The translations under genes and the position numbers were made by a program. From NCBI GenBank assembly GCA_030295235.1, contig AP026123.1, positions 1,302,001 through 1,366,000 on the forward strand: a stretch of DNA of 64,000 bases, written 5' to 3'. Below, piece after piece: positions 11,549 through 25,292 of this stretch. Source of the stretch: Fistulifera solaris (Eukaryota). Within the stretch, counting starts at the first letter, position 1. Each line of letters starts with the position of its first letter. The notes under the pieces were generated by a model, which saw nothing but the letters and a program-made list of their open reading frames with translations, had not been told where the DNA came from and did not search any database.

Positions 11549-13884
11549 ATGGAAGATTTACTGAAGGAAGGCGATGCTTTTTCTCTGAATATAGTCGCTA
11601 CACCGGCTGCGCCGAAACAAACAGTGGCGAAGAAGAAACCAAAAAACAACAAGTACGAGCGTAGAAGAGCTCGGGCTGCTCGTGCACGTGGTGAAACAAA
11701 CAAAGAGTCTCGTGGAACGACAATTGAGGCACCGGTTACAGGAGAGCAAAAGAATGTAGTCGAGACTGAGGAAAACGATAACGAACCTGAATTAATCGAA
11801 TCTGAGTCCGATGACAACGAAAGTGCAGTGGACTTGCATGGAGATCATGCTATTGTTCCGCAAGAAAAAGCTGTTCAAAAGCGCGATAGTCTTCAGGACC
11901 CCGAGGAACGAGCAAAATATATGGCTGAATTTCATGCTCGTCCATTGGAGCTTGACCGAAGGTTTGGAGCGACCGCAAAACCAGTTATAACATCGAAAGA
12001 CTCGTCGCATCTTTTTGCTACGTCTGCTGAATGGCCCGCCAATCTATTGCATCCGCGTCTTCTCAATACGTTAAAGACATCGGGATGGACTCGTCCGACT
12101 ACAATACAAGCAAGGGCCATGCCTTCCTTTTTTAGTAAAGACGACAATGTACTGATTCATTCTGAAACGGGGTCTGGGAAAACGTTGGCGTTTTTTATCC
12201 CCATATTGAGCCATTTGGCTTCGAAAGATCAAAAAGTGCGTTGCGAAGGGACTCGTTGTGTTATTCTTTGCCCGACACGTGAGCTGGCTGTTCAGACTTT
12301 TGATCTTGTGGAGACTCTTTCGAGCAAGACATTCAACTGGATTGTGTGCGGTCAACTGCTTGGTGAGGAAAAGCGCAAGTCTGAAAAGGCGCGAATTCGG
12401 AAAGGTCTTAGTGTCATTGTGGCGACGCCGGGCCGTTTTCTGGACCATTTGACGCGTACGGAATGTTTACTGCCTGCTCTTACCTCAAAAGGCCCGCTGG
12501 AGTGGTTAGTGCTCGATGAAGCGGATCGCCTTCTAGACATGGGTCTTGGTGAACAAGTAAAAAGTATTTTTGATCGTGTTCAACAAGAAGCTAAATCAAA
12601 AACATGGCGCTGTGTTTTAGTATCGGCAACGGTAACAGCCGGTGTGGAGGAATTGGCGCAAAAAACTTTGTCGGGGAAAAGTGAGAATTGGGTTCGAATT
12701 CGTGCGAGTGAAGTCGACAAGGCGACTCTTGTATCGACGGGAAAGGATGAAGGCGCTGGTGAGGAGGCTTTAGTGAGTTCTACACCGAGGCAACTGGCAC
12801 ATCATCATGTTACAGTCACGGCGAAATTACGACTTGCGGCGTTAATCGCATTCCTTGTACCACGACGAAAAGAGAGAACGATTGTGTTTATGAGCACCTG
12901 TGCCTCTGTGGATTTTCACCATGCTCTGCTTACAAAAATGAAATCCCTTTTGGAGATGATTCTTTGGGAGTTTTTGGGTCCGACTGCAACATTTTAAAGT
13001 TACATGGAAACGTTCTACACAGTGAACGTCAGCACGTCCTCAAGCGGTTCTTGAAGGAGAACCAAGGAGCAATACTCCTTGCGACGGATGTAGCCGCCCG
13101 TGGCTTGAACCTTCCAAATGTTGATTGGACTGTTCAATATGATCCACCGAGCGAAGTATCTGACTATGTTCATCGGGCTGGGCGCGTTGCGCGTGCCGGT
13201 AAGGCAGGTAACTCCCTGATCTTCTTATTACCTTCTGAGAAACTGTTTCTTGAAGTGTTAAAGCGACAGGGTATAAAGAATATGAACGCATTGTCTCTTA
13301 CAGAAACTCTCAACGTTGCTGCGAAATGCTGCCCTGATTTAACATCCAGTGGAATGCGCCGATCCAGTGGCGGTCTGGGGAATACGGGTAAAGGAAGTTC
13401 TAGCAGTCGGTTGGGAGAAGCGTTCTGTTGGGAAATGCAGCATCGTCTTGAGGAATGCGTGAATGACGATCAGAATCAACCAAAAAAGTCCTCGTCTTTA
13501 GCTTCGAAGAAACGAAAGAAGACGCAAGAAGATGAGAAAACACCTGAGACGCTCTTGGACATTGCTAAAAATGCCTTCATCTCCCATCTGCGTGCCTATC
13601 CGACGCGTGAAAAGGTCGTCCGACAAATCTTTGCTGCAAAGTCATTGCATCTTGGTCATGTGGCGCGATCCTTTGGATTGAAAGAACCCCCTTCGCGTAT
13701 TTCGAACAAGAAGAGGAAAGTGTCACCACCAGTTGATCCACGGAAAAACAATGCCGCCTTTGATTTTAAAGCGAGTCAAGTTGTATCTGAGTCGTCGAAA
13801 AGCTCCAAAGGAAAGGCGACACCGAAAAGTGTCCTTCTGGAGAACGCGAGTAGATTAGAGAAGAATGGTATGGATGCTTTGTAA
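11549..13884 (+). CDS. DBP7: DEAD-box RNA helicase, DBP7/DDX31-like; one frameshift
   Basis: Q motif, SETGSGKT, PTRELA, KRKSEKARIRKG, DEAD, SAT, TDVAARGL, YVHRAGR and LHLGHVARSFGLKEPP. One added T at 12948-12951 joins the ORFs. Confidence 0.9.
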
Positions 13885-14372
13885 GATAACAAAACACTAT
13901 AAAAGGTGTATATGCTACTTTGTTGCTAATCAAAGGAAAACTTGTAGTTTTTGGCAAACTGGGGTCTAAACTAAGCGCCAACAATGATTATTCTAAGATG
14001 ATTCATTTCGTTTGGTTGTTAGTCGCGAGTGGACCGTGACTGCAAGAAATGGGCGTGTTTCTTTTTTTGCGACGCAGTAAAATGCGGAAAACTGATAAGG
14101 AGATACTATGACGAAGAAGATCGAACTAACAATAGAAAGACTTCACAATCATTTATCATTTTGTATTTAATGATTGCTGATAACTCTGGAACGTTCTTGC
14201 AGCACTTGCCTCGTTTTGAGCTCGCTGATGAGAAAATGCAGTCGCGGGCGCCTGTGAGCATCCTGCCGTTTCCGAGCGCAGGATCCCTCGAGAAACCCGC
14301 CCGCAGTTTTTTTGAGCGACGCTTCCCTCATAATTCAATGCTGCAGTTCAACACTTCAATATCATATTCAGA

Positions 14373-17324
14373 ATGATTCTTCTCCTCCTTTCCTTTCTCT
14401 TCATTGTCTCGGCAGCGGCTGCTGACAATAAGGCGTGCTTCACGAGCAACACCGAACTCCGCCAAGCGGTCCGGTCGTACGTGGGGGATCCTTCTCCGGA
14501 GAATGAAGTCGCGGAGAAGTACGGCTGGCCGATGGGTGTCTGGTGTGTCGATGCGATTCAAGACTTTTCGAATGTTTTCACAACGATGCGTACCTTCAAT
14601 GACGATCTCTCGGGTTGGAACATGTCGGCGGCAACTTCGCTCTATCGCATGTTCGATCGCGCCGAGCGCTTCAATCAGGATCTATCCAGTTGGGGTGAGT
14701 CTATGATACCAGGAACTTTCATTGCTGTGATTATCGAAAGGTTTCTCAAACGTGTTTCTTGTTTATTACATAAAAGACGTCTCCAATGTGAAGAACATGA
14801 TTGGGCTTTTCGATGGAGCGCGAGAATTCAATCAGGATCTTTCAACATGGATGACGTCTCGAGTGACGAGTTTGGGTACGGCGTTTCGTGGTGCAACAAA
14901 GTTCCTTGGCAACGGATTGTCGGGATGGGATGTCGGGCGCGTGACGAGCTTTGGATCCTGTTTTCATAGTGCCACTTCATTCAATGGCAACATTAGCTCG
15001 TGGGATGTTTCCCGCAGCACATATTTCAATCACATGTTTATTCGCGCCTCATCTTTTCAGCAAGACTTGTCGGCGTGGGATGTCTCTTCTGGTACTGATT
15101 TCAAAGCGATGTTCCATGGTGCTCGCCTCTTCAACTCTGATATCTCCCGTTGGAACGTCGGCAACGGTTTGTACTTCAGCTACATGTTTGAAGACAACGT
15201 GGCATTCAACGTCGATATTAGCTCCTGGGATGTCAGTAAAGCGATCGAAATGCGCTTAATGTTCGAAAAGGCGTCGTCATTTCAGGTAGATCTCTGTGCT
15301 TGGGCGCCGAAATTGCTGGGACGGAGTGTGAGGTTCGAAGACATGTTTACGGGCAGTGGTTGCCCCAGTCAGACCTATCCCATGTCTACGACTACAGCTG
15401 TGGGACCTCTTTGCTACTACTGCAGTGACATGCCATGTGATGATGATCATTCTGATTCGGAATGTCAGTGCTTTTCGCCCGATGGTTCTCTGCAACGCGC
15501 GGTGGCAGACTACATTCGCGACAGCAGCCCGTTTTCTGCTGTCGCGCATACGTACGGGTCCGTCATCGGGGATTGGTGTACACATAATGTGACTTCCTTT
15601 GATTACCTCTTTGATCGTGTGGTGACTTTCAATGAGGATATATCGAAGTGGACGACGGACATGGTGACGAGCATGGTAAGTTTATCGATCATTTTGTACT
15701 GGAACGGTTCCCGTATGTGTATGTACTCATCATTACTGCTCATTTCCAGGTGGGTGTGTTTCGTGGCGCGGCATCTTTTAACATGGACTTGAAATGGAAC
15801 TTGTCCAACGTCGAAACTATCGCCAATATGTTTGAGGGGGCGGCTGCATTTAATCGAGACGTCGGATCATGGGATACGTCGAACATCATGGATGCTTAAA
15901 GATCATTTGCGGCAGCAACGTCCTTCACTGGCGGTTCCATATCTTTATGGGACGTTACAGGTATGGTCCATGTAGATGAGATGTTCGCCGGTGCGTCAGC
16001 CTTAAACGGAGACCTGAGCAGTTGGAAGTTAGCGAATGCCAAATCGCTTCGTCGTATGTTTGCCGGGGCTACTTCCTTTCGTCAAAATCTTTGCAAGTGG
16101 AGCAAGCAAATGTTCTTGAACGAACCAGTAGTAAAGGATATGTTCATCGAGTCTGGTTGCCCTTCAACAGCGGATCCATTCGTCACAGTGAGGGACGTTG
16201 GACCACTTTGTCACTACTGCTCAGAGCTTCCGTGCAATGAGGTGACATGCCTCCCACTCTTACATGGAAATGAATTACGGCGTGCAATCGCAGCATATCG
16301 ACTTGATTCTAGCAGATACACCGCTGTTGCCTCTACTTATGGGCATCCGATCGGAAAATGGAACACGTCGCAACTACATGATTTTCGGTATGCATTTTTC
16401 AACGACTACAGCTTTACGGAAGATATCAGCGAATGGGACACCTCTAGCGCCATATCTATGGTATCGATGTTTAATGGGGCGACTTATTTTCGTGGCGACA
16501 TTTCGGGATGGGATGTCTCTCGCGTGATATACACATCGGACATGTTCAAGAATGCAGAGTGGTTCGACCAAGATATTTCGATGTGGAATCTGACTAATAT
16601 CCATTACGCTGATCGGATGTTTTATGGTGCAACAAGATTTAATCAGAACCTATGCGAATGGCGCAGTCGCTTTCTCTTTAACGAGACGCGTCGTGTGGAT
16701 GAAATATTTTCCTATTCGGGCTGTCCTAACAAGTCCTCACCCCTCGGGATAGGTGTGGGGCCTTACTGCCATGAATGCCCGCTCAGTTCTCCCACTTCCG
16801 ACCCGATTAGCCCATCGATATCTCCGACGTCGTCTATCGACAATGTTCCTACGAGCTCTTCGACATATCTTCCGACGACAACTCAATCCTTGCTTCCGAT
16901 TATATCACCAACAAAGATGCCTACACATAATCCGTCTATGCAGCCGTTTATGACCCATATTTCTTCTGAATCAGACGTGCCGTCAACCTTGCCAACTCTT
17001 TTATCTATGACGCCCGTCTTTCCAAAGTCAGACGTCCCGTCGGGCTTTCCGACTGTTTCTATCACTTCTGATTCTCCAACCAAGATTCCTTCGAAAGCAG
17101 ATAATCACGTTGCAAGCGTGAATCCAACATCAGAATCATCCGCATTTCCGACTTTGGGCCAGTATGCACCTTATGTTTTGATCGGAGGGTCCTCGCCCTT
17201 GGGAAGCCAAACGCTATCTCCGTCGATGAAGCCAACTTCAGCAACTCCCAGTGGGGCGTCACGCTGTGTTTCACTTAGCCCGTTCCAATTCATCCTATGC
17301 ATTTGGGCCAAGATCAAGAACTGA
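14373..17324 (+). CDS. Secreted/surface DUF285 (BspA-like) repeat protein; 2 introns; in-frame TAA at 15897-15899
   Basis: Signal peptide and many 'MF..A..FNQDLSSWDVS' repeats in three Cys-capped modules, followed by an S/T/P-rich stalk and a hydrophobic tail. Introns 14695-14776 and 15676-15749 are GT-AG and restore the frame. Confidence 0.85.
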
Positions 17325-17461
17325 TGTGAGCTTTCTCGTCGGACCGCACTTACAAGAAAAGTTTTCGTTGTGCACTGCTAAGCTCTTTTTTGAGTGTGTA
17401 TTGTGGATAACACTAATAGTGCTCATAGTATATCATGACAGATATTGACATTAGTATTTTA

Positions 17462-20400
17462 TTATGAAAGCCCAACAACGGCTTCCAGTATTTCTTTATT
17501 GCTGGAGACAACCGCTTCGTCCTGGCCTTCAAAAATCCAAAGCATCGTAGATATTCACAATCTTATAAGCCGTGGCTTCGTCAACCTCAAGACCCAAGTC
17601 GCCTCCAGTGAAAGCACCATATCGTACCAATTCTTTGATCAGGTCAACTGCATTTTCTTCTCGTCCGCGCAAAATTTCGCCGCTGACTAATCCCAAAGCA
17701 TTTTTTGATAGACGCACAAGAAGAGCTTCAAACATGGATTCACATTCCTCTGCATCGATCCCCAAAGACTCTTGAATTTCAAGAAGAATATCGGCGTTAT
17801 CGGCTACTATTTCCCCACTCTTTAAACCAGGGGTAATTTCAGACTCGAACATCCGTGCCAGGCGACTTTTCGAAACGCCTACGTCAGACTGGATGTCCAT
17901 GCCCATTGAGTTACACTTCTCGCGGAACGCTTTAATACCAGCTGGCGAAGGATTATCCATCAGCACGTTGATTTCTTCAGAAAGAAGCTTTTTCTGTGTT
18001 TGCGCGAGCATTTTTTCGCTTTGCTCGGACGTCAAGCCGAGCTTCATTTGAATATTGGCCAGAACCATCATGTCTTGTTGATCCATGGATCCTTTGGTCT
18101 TCATAGCGTTTGACACAAGATTGTCGTAAACTGTACTTCCGATTGTATTGTTAATCTCATCAATCTTGTCATTTGTCAGGCCAAGAATACCAGCAAAAAA
18201 CTCTCGGTTTTCTTCGTATCGCTTGGCATTGGGGCCTTGTGTGGTGAAGCTACTTACAACAAACTGACGGTAAAGCAACTCAGCCATTTGTTGGTCAATT
18301 GCGCCAAGTCCGAGAGCTGTAATAGGGTAGACCATCTTAACATCCGGAACTTCTTCGGCGAAAAGCTCACCGTCTTCTCCCTTCTTTTCTACCGTTTTCA
18401 TACCGACCTCTTCCATCGTAGCAATGTCGTTTTCCTTGTAGAAGTCAATCAGTTCCATTATGTCGCTCATAATATTAACTTCAGCTCCCAATCCCAACAC
18501 ACCATCTGCACCTTTGCCAGACTGAAAAACGTCTTCGCCCATGTCTTTCCCACGACGTTCAGAAAGCTGCTGTTGTGACAGGAGAGTTCGTTCCATCTCA
18601 CTACCGATCCACTCAACTTTGGGCTTCATTTTTTCCTTGATGGCCTCCAAAAACAACGTTTTTGTATTTTGCTCTGATACGCTCAAGCGTTCCTTCAGTT
18701 CATCCAACGATTCGCGAACCTCAGGGCGAATGACCCCCGTTGTCCCCATTGCTTCCAAAACTGCCTTTTTGTAAACATAGCCAAAGTGTTCCATATGAGC
18801 GGGGTACGTTTCCTCTACTTCCAGATGGAAGATTTCACGGAGAGACTCGAGGGCCTTGAACAAGGCCTTCGTGGGAACACCGCCAGGGGATTTACTGCTA
18901 ATGATTTCGACCGCTTTGCTGTAAAACGAGGCTCCAGATTCCCGTAAATAGTCTTGAGAGAGACGGTAATTTGCCATCAAATCGTCGATTTCTTTTTTCA
19001 TGTTCTCTACCAACTCTTCCGTGTAATCGGCAGTGATCTCAAGCATCGCGCGATTCAAAGTCTTTTGTAGTTGCGGTCCGAAGGCAGCTCTGGCCTCGAT
19101 CTCAGCCTGTTGATCAGTGATTCCGAGAAGTCCTTTGACCTCACCAATCTGTTCGAATATTTCGTCAGTGAGCCGACCTTCTGGTGCTTTTTCGTACAGA
19201 GCGCCCTACAAAGATACGGTAGAGCTTTATTCTTTCTTCTGTTGATAAGAAACCATTTGCTGACTGCTTATTCCAAGGGTTGCAAAACGTTTCGTCAAAG
19301 TTGGCATTGAACTCTTCTCCCCATCCAGACTTCTTCAAAATGGCGACCAAGGCACTTTTCGATTCAAGAGCGTCCAAAAGGTGATCGTATGTCGCTGCCT
19401 CGTTATTCACTTTGGCAAATCGATTCGTCTCCTCTAATGGGCCGCCAAGAGCCTGCATCACCATCGACGAGATAAGAGCCTTAGTCGAGTCTTCATGCAT
19501 CAACAGTTCCTCACGACGCTTCTCCATAATATTCCAGGCTTCTTCGGGAGTCTTGTTTTTGGTCAGCACATCCTTCATAGCGGCCAAGGCGGTAGTTTGG
19601 TAGAGAGGGGAAGCTTCACTGATAATTTCGTAATCCATATCCGTTTCCGAGAGACCCAAAATGTCACGTAGCAAATCCAACTGGAAATGGGTTGAAAAAT
19701 GAGTATCGTTCGCATCACATCCAGGAACAGAATAACAGCCATAACTTACTCGATTCAACGCCTCGTCGGAAAATTTCAACGACGAAAGATCCAACGGCAT
19801 TTCATCTTCTTCTTCATCCTCGTCGTCATCGTTCATTTTGCGTTCCGGTAAACCCAAACAGACTCGCACCTCTTGATTGAAAGTAAAGACGTGCATATCC
19901 GCAGCTACTTCTTCTTTAATTCCCAGTGTTTCACGTGCTCGCTTGAGCATATCCGAAGAAACAGCATTCGTTCCTAGCTTACTTCGCGTCGATTGAAGGG
20001 CACGGTGGTAAAACGGTTCCACAACATTCGCCACTCGCTCCATGGCCACCGGCAGAGTGAGACCCACCGCCTTGGCCACTCGCGTCATTTCGAAATTGAA
20101 CGCCTGCGGCGAATCTTCCGACAACGCCCGTTCCGTGAGAAACAAGAGTTTGTCCATCGCCATGCGGTCGGGGTGTTTCGGATCTTCCAACTCTTCCGTG
20201 GGTGTGAAGAGACACGTCTGTCGGTACCATTCCGCGGCCGCCGTCGCGTGCGCTTCTCCCACCGCCATGTTTTCCAACGAAAGAGCCTGTTTCAACTTTT
20301 GCAACTCCTTGATTTCCGATGTCTTCGCCGTCGGTTGAAATTTGACCATCCCATGCAGGTAACTGGCATAGATTTCGGTACACAGCACTTCCAAGTCCTC

Positions 20401-20934
20401 GTCGGACAAACCGAACGAATCTTGCACGGCCCGTACCGCGGCTTGCGTCGTGGCCACATCGTCCAGTCCGGCATCGACAATGGCCTGCGCGAGAGCCGGC
20501 TTGGCGCCCGATTGTGTGAGAACATCGAGACGCGATTTGCCCACGGCACCCGCAATGCCAGTGACCAAGGCACCGGCGGCATGCGCCGCAATGCGACGGC
20601 TCGGTACTAAACCGAATCCCAACAAGGCCGAAACGGGGATGCTGGCGTATCCGGCCAACTTAAATAAGTTGGGTGATTGGCGTATTTGTTTTCCGAGAAA
20701 GATGGTTTGATCGGCTTTTTCCGTGAGTTCTTGTAATTCTTCCATTCCTCCGGATGTTTCGACCAACATGGAGAGTGACGCGGCCGTGCGTGCTTTCGAA
20801 GAGAAAGAAAATGAAGTCGTGGTTGCACGAGACACGAAGGACGACGTGCCGATGGCTTTCTTCGGTACAAAGGCCGTGTAGGCTTCGCTGTTGGTTGCCA
20901 ACAGCAAAAAGGCGGACACGCCTGTAAACTTCAT
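17462..20934 (-). CDS. TIC110: Plastid inner-envelope translocon component Tic110-like; 1 intron, 2 frameshifts
   Basis: Bipartite presequence (..YTAFVP), two N-terminal TM helices and a long helical body with LYRQF...AGILGL...L..IQ.KLGL. In-frame intron 19681-19749. Removing one base at 19188-19192 and one at 17531-17535 gives one frame to TAA at 17464-17462. Confidence 0.8.
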
Positions 20935-21494
20935 GATTTACCCTTCCTGTTGATTCAAAGAGGAGCTAAGGTGTGCTCGTTATTTCGAGCGATGCTATTT
21001 ATTAGACAACAAGAAAAGAGAGTGTCTTGTTGCCTTGAAAGAACGATTTGGGTTGTTGATTGATTGTCAAAGGTTCAACTTGTCGCTTGCGACCTACGTA
21101 TCTCCAGGTGGAAGATCCTTTGGCTTTGAGAACCACGCGTTTTCTCCATCCACCGAATGTCTCAGTCACGGTCGAAACAAGACCAATTAATTGAAAATCG
21201 CACCAGCACTCGACCGTCTAGGTAAGTTGAACACGTACGTATCCGCCAAAAATCTCCCCCCAGACGATGTGACGTCTATGTTTCCTGTACAAACTCGTTC
21301 TTTTAATAGACATTCTGTTATCTGTGTGACATTCACATCGCTACGTAGCGTCGAGTGATGTCTGCGATTTTTTCATTCAAGATCCGACTTCGTGTAGTTT
21401 CGTATCCTGTTGCAACGACACTTTCTCTTATTTCGTCGATCGTTTGATCGCCATCATCGTCTACCCACTTCTTGGAATACTGCAAAGCTTCAAA

Positions 21495-23158
21495 ATGAAG
21501 TTCCCCAGTCTTTCCTTTTTGTTTGCTCTCGGTAAGTAGTAGTGGCGTGCTAGTATACAATAGGAAAGGCCGAGCGAGTGTACTTCTCGTCGTCGAACGA
21601 GTCGTTTGCGAATCTACGCATTGCTTTCCCTCCACGTGCACTCACTGACATATCAAACAGGCACCGCCACGACGTGCGCCGCCTTTGCCGCTCCCTCCTC
21701 CAGTCACTCCAGCCGCTCCACAGCGTTGCACATGGCCAAGATTACCGCCATTCAAGCCCGCGAAATCTTGGATTCGCGAGGCAACCCCACCGTCGAAGTC
21801 GATGTCACGCTCGACAGTGGCGTTTTGGTGACCGCCTCCGTTCCGTCCGGAGCCAGTACGGGCGCGTACGAAGCCGTTGAACTCCGCGACGGCGGTGCGC
21901 GGTACATGGGGAAGGGCGTCTTGCAAGCCGTCGAGAATGTCAATAGCGTTTTGGGTCCGGCCATTGTCGGCATGGATCCCACCGAGCAACAAGCGATCGA
22001 CAACAAGATGCTCGAAATGGATGGGACTCCCAACAAGGCCAAGATGGGAGCGAACGCGATTTTGGGCATCAGTTTGGCGGTCAGCAAGGCGGGCGCCGCA
22101 ACCAAGAACGTGCCGTTGTACCAGCATTATGCGGACTTGGCGGGCAATAACTTGGACGAATTCACCATGCCGGTTCCTTGCTTCAATGTCATCAATGGTG
22201 GGAGTCACGCCGGTAACAAATTGGCCTTCCAGGAATACTTTGTCATCCCCACGGGCGCCAAGGATTTTACCGAAGCCATGCAAATCGGATGTGAGGTCTA
22301 CCACAACTTGGGGAAGATCATTAAAGCCAAGTTTGGTGGTGATGCCACTTTGATCGGAGATGAAGGTGGTTTTGCTCCGCCCTGCGACAATCGTGAAGGC
22401 TGTGAGCTCATCATGGAAGCCATCAAGAAAGCTGGTTACGAAGGAAAATGCACCATTGGGTTGGATGTTGCCGCCAGTGAGTTCAAAGTCAAGGGCAAGG
22501 ACGGATACGACTTGGATTTCAAGTACGATGGAAATGTTATCACGGGTGAGGAGCTGGGCAATTTGTACCAATCTTTGGTGAGTTCGTTCGTTGCGTGAGC
22601 GATTCGCATTGGAAAGAATTGACTTTTTCTAACACCGGTTGCCTCAATTTCTTCTCTGAACCGCAGGCGGATGATTTCCCCATTGTTACTGTGGAAGATC
22701 CTTTCGATGAAGATGACTGGGAGAACTGGTCCAAATTCACTGGAAAGAATGGCGAGCAATTCCAAGTGGTAGGCGATGACTTGACTGTTACCAACATTGA
22801 GAAGATTTCTCGTGCCATCGATGAAAAGGCTTGCACTTGCTTGTTGTTGAAAGTCAACCAGATTGGCAGCATCACGGAAAGTATCGCTGCTGTCAAAATG
22901 GCTAAGCAGGCTGGGTGGGGTGTCATGACGTCTCATCGTTCGGGCGAAACGGAGGATACGTACATTGCCGACTTGGCTGTAGGTCTCTGCACTGGTCAAA
23001 TTAAGACTGGAGCTCCTTGCCGATCGGAGCGTTTGGCTAAATACAACAGACTGTTGCGTATTGAAGAAGAGCTAAAGAAAAAGGGCGCGAAGGTAACATA
23101 CGCTGGAACAGGATTCCGTAAAACAGCATGGATGGGTGGCGTCGCAGTTGCTAAGTAA
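21495..23158 (+). CDS. ENO: Enolase, plastid-targeted; 2 introns
   Basis: Exon 1 encodes [12 protein letters not shown]; introns 21532-21660 and 22578-22666; CAAFAAP cleavage motif; [47 protein letters not shown] and [18 protein letters not shown]. Confidence 0.95.
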
Positions 23159-23362
23159 ACGATTTCGCTCAAGTAGTTCTACTTAATATCACTGTTAGAT
23201 ATAAGATTTTATAAAAGGTCGTAGACTTTTTTGTGAGACTCGTTTTGATGGTGCTAGTAGTCTTTCGAGAATTGCGAATTACAAGCGGCTGTTTGACAGT
23301 AATCTTACTGAGGCTGCATTCGCTTAGCATTCTTGACACCTTTGTTCTTTCGTGTAACCAAA
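22713..23362. repeat. Direct duplication copy 1 (enolase 3' end, intergenic region, ABC-F 3' tip)
   Basis: Collinear with 25288-25950 from atgactg to gtaaccaaa, with scattered substitutions and small indels. Confidence 0.93.
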
Positions 23363-23871
23363 GGGAACGGAATCGAATCCACACAACGAAAGAATCCGCG
23401 CCCCCGAATTCTGCGCCGCCGGTCCGTGCAACAATCGCATCCGATCCGCCCAAGCGACTTCTCCGGTACCAGTAATATCGACATAATCAATTCCTTTTGC
23501 GGCACAAGCCGTTACGACGTGAATGCCGTATTATTCAAAAGGCCCAGCACAGGCAACCACGACTTTCGTACGGACCGCCATTTGTTGCGAAGCTTTTTTG
23601 TTTATGCGAGTCCGTTATGAGGCTATCAAAGACGCAGTGACCGCAAGTTGTAAGGTTCTTTCATGAATGACACTCAAATGCATCATTTCAGTAGTAATTC
23701 CTCACACAAAGCTACTATTTTGTTCTTGCTGCGACCGGATAATGTGATTTGAAAGGGAGCGATCGATAGACACGTTTGCATTGAGATAAGTCAGCACATG
23801 ACGAGCGAAGAAACTCGTCGCGCCAAAGAGCGTTATATTACTTTCGATGATGATTCGGGTACAAGACTCAT
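23363..23871 (-). pseudogene. Saccharopine-dehydrogenase-like oxidoreductase (SCCPDH / trans-acting enoyl reductase family), decayed 5' half
   Basis: Manual minus-strand translation gives ITLFGATSFFARHVLTYL, ITLSGRSKNKI and TKVVVACAGPFE*YGIHVVTACAAKGIDYVDITGTGEVAW...ILSLCGFDSVP. It has stops and frameshifts and is truncated at the duplication junction; these frames are not in the supplied ORF track. Confidence 0.85.
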
Positions 23872-24503
23872 GCTATTGCGAAATAGTTGTCTTTATAAAG
23901 TGAGAGGAACGAAGACGGATAAAAGGAATACCAGGTAAGAGCAATGTAATAACGGAAAAGGAAAATGACGAGAGAGATGCGTCGCAACTCGCAACAATTT
24001 TTTCTTCATTTTCCTTTACTACCGCCTTGCAAAAATCTACGGATTTTACTTAGCGAAAGGACATGAAAAGTGAGGGATTGTAGTTAGCACAACCAAACCG
24101 CTCCATGACTAAGGTATATGATGTACAAGGAAATCCATAAGGTGATGCCTGTGGCAATCGACTACATTAAGGTTATCCAACTTTTAAGCCAAATAACCCT
24201 AAGGGGTTGAAAGATATCAGTTCCCCTTTATGGATTAGAGACAACACAATAAGCTACAGTCAATAAATGGTTTTGATCTATTAACTGAAATCCATAAAAG
24301 TGTGTGTCGTTTTGTTAAGTAGAAATCGTAAAATTTTGCAAGGGGATCGTAAGGCAAAAAACAAGAAAAGTTGCACCCCGTAGCCAAGACGCTGTCATTA
24401 TTCATTTTGCGTTCATCTATCTTATCTTATTATTAACATTTCACCTCTCTCTTCCGGTTTCTCTCTTACTTCTTCGTCATATACATTCATTTATCTCTCA
24501 AAA

Positions 24504-25292
24504 ATTCCAAAAAGCCGAAAAAGGATCCCTCAAAGACATTGGGAAACGCATCAAAGCCAAAGGCCTCCAAAAGTTTCGCTTCTGGTGCGAAATGTGTGCG
24601 AAATAATATGTGGTGACGTTAACGGCTTCAATTGTCACTTCACGTCCGAAACGCATTTGCGACAGATGATATTGTTCAGAGTTAATGCCAAATCCATTGT
24701 GCGTCAAAAGAGTAACGAATTTGAAAAGTTGTTTCTCGATACCCTCCGTTTGCGACAATCCCACCGTCATGGTGAATGCCAACAATGTGTATCAAGAAAC
24801 ATTCGCGACAAGCAACACGTGCACATGAATGCGACGCATTGGGCGACCTTGTCGAATTTTGTACAATATTTGGGGAAAATAGGCAAAGCCAAAGTCGAAG
24901 AAACGGAACGGGGATGGTACATTCAATACCGTCCCGTACAAACGATTCAAGAACAAGAAGAAGCTCTTCGAAGGCAACAACAGGCGGCGGCGGATGAACA
25001 AGCCGAAGAAGCGTATTAAGAGAAAATGATGCAATTGTGACAGGAGCAACTGGCGCAAATGATGGGGCCATCGAAAGTTGCGGAACCGACGAAAGTGGAA
25101 AAAGAATGCAAGGAACAAAAAATTAAAGTCCAGTTGTCTTCGAAGGGATTACAACCCAGCAGCAACAGCAACAAATCTGTTTTTGGCGATGACGACAAAG
25201 ATGATGACAGTGCGAATGACCCAGCGGAAAATAGACCTGCCAGCCCACCTCCGATTCCAGAGACGAAAGAGTCGACGAAAAAGCAACATGAC
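24504..25292 (+). pseudogene. KIN17: KIN17 DNA/RNA-binding protein, decayed 5' portion
   Basis: PKAEKGSLKDIGKRIKAKGLQKFRFWCEMCAK, NGFNCHFTSETHLRQM, VNANNVYQE and HVHMNATHWATLSNFVQYLG...ETERGWYIQY. Start codon reads ATT; internal TAA and frameshifts; C-terminal domain absent. Confidence 0.88.

Noticed and set aside
21642..22571. 309-aa antisense ORF over enolase, and similar antisense ORFs over CCT8, Tic110 and STT3
   Set aside because: Shadow ORFs expected from codon bias in conserved genes; no independent motifs.
23305..23505. 66-aa ORF ending in the ABC-F C-terminus, as a novel small gene
   Set aside because: By-product of the duplication junction; its 5' part is an off-frame reading of the SCCPDH-like pseudogene.
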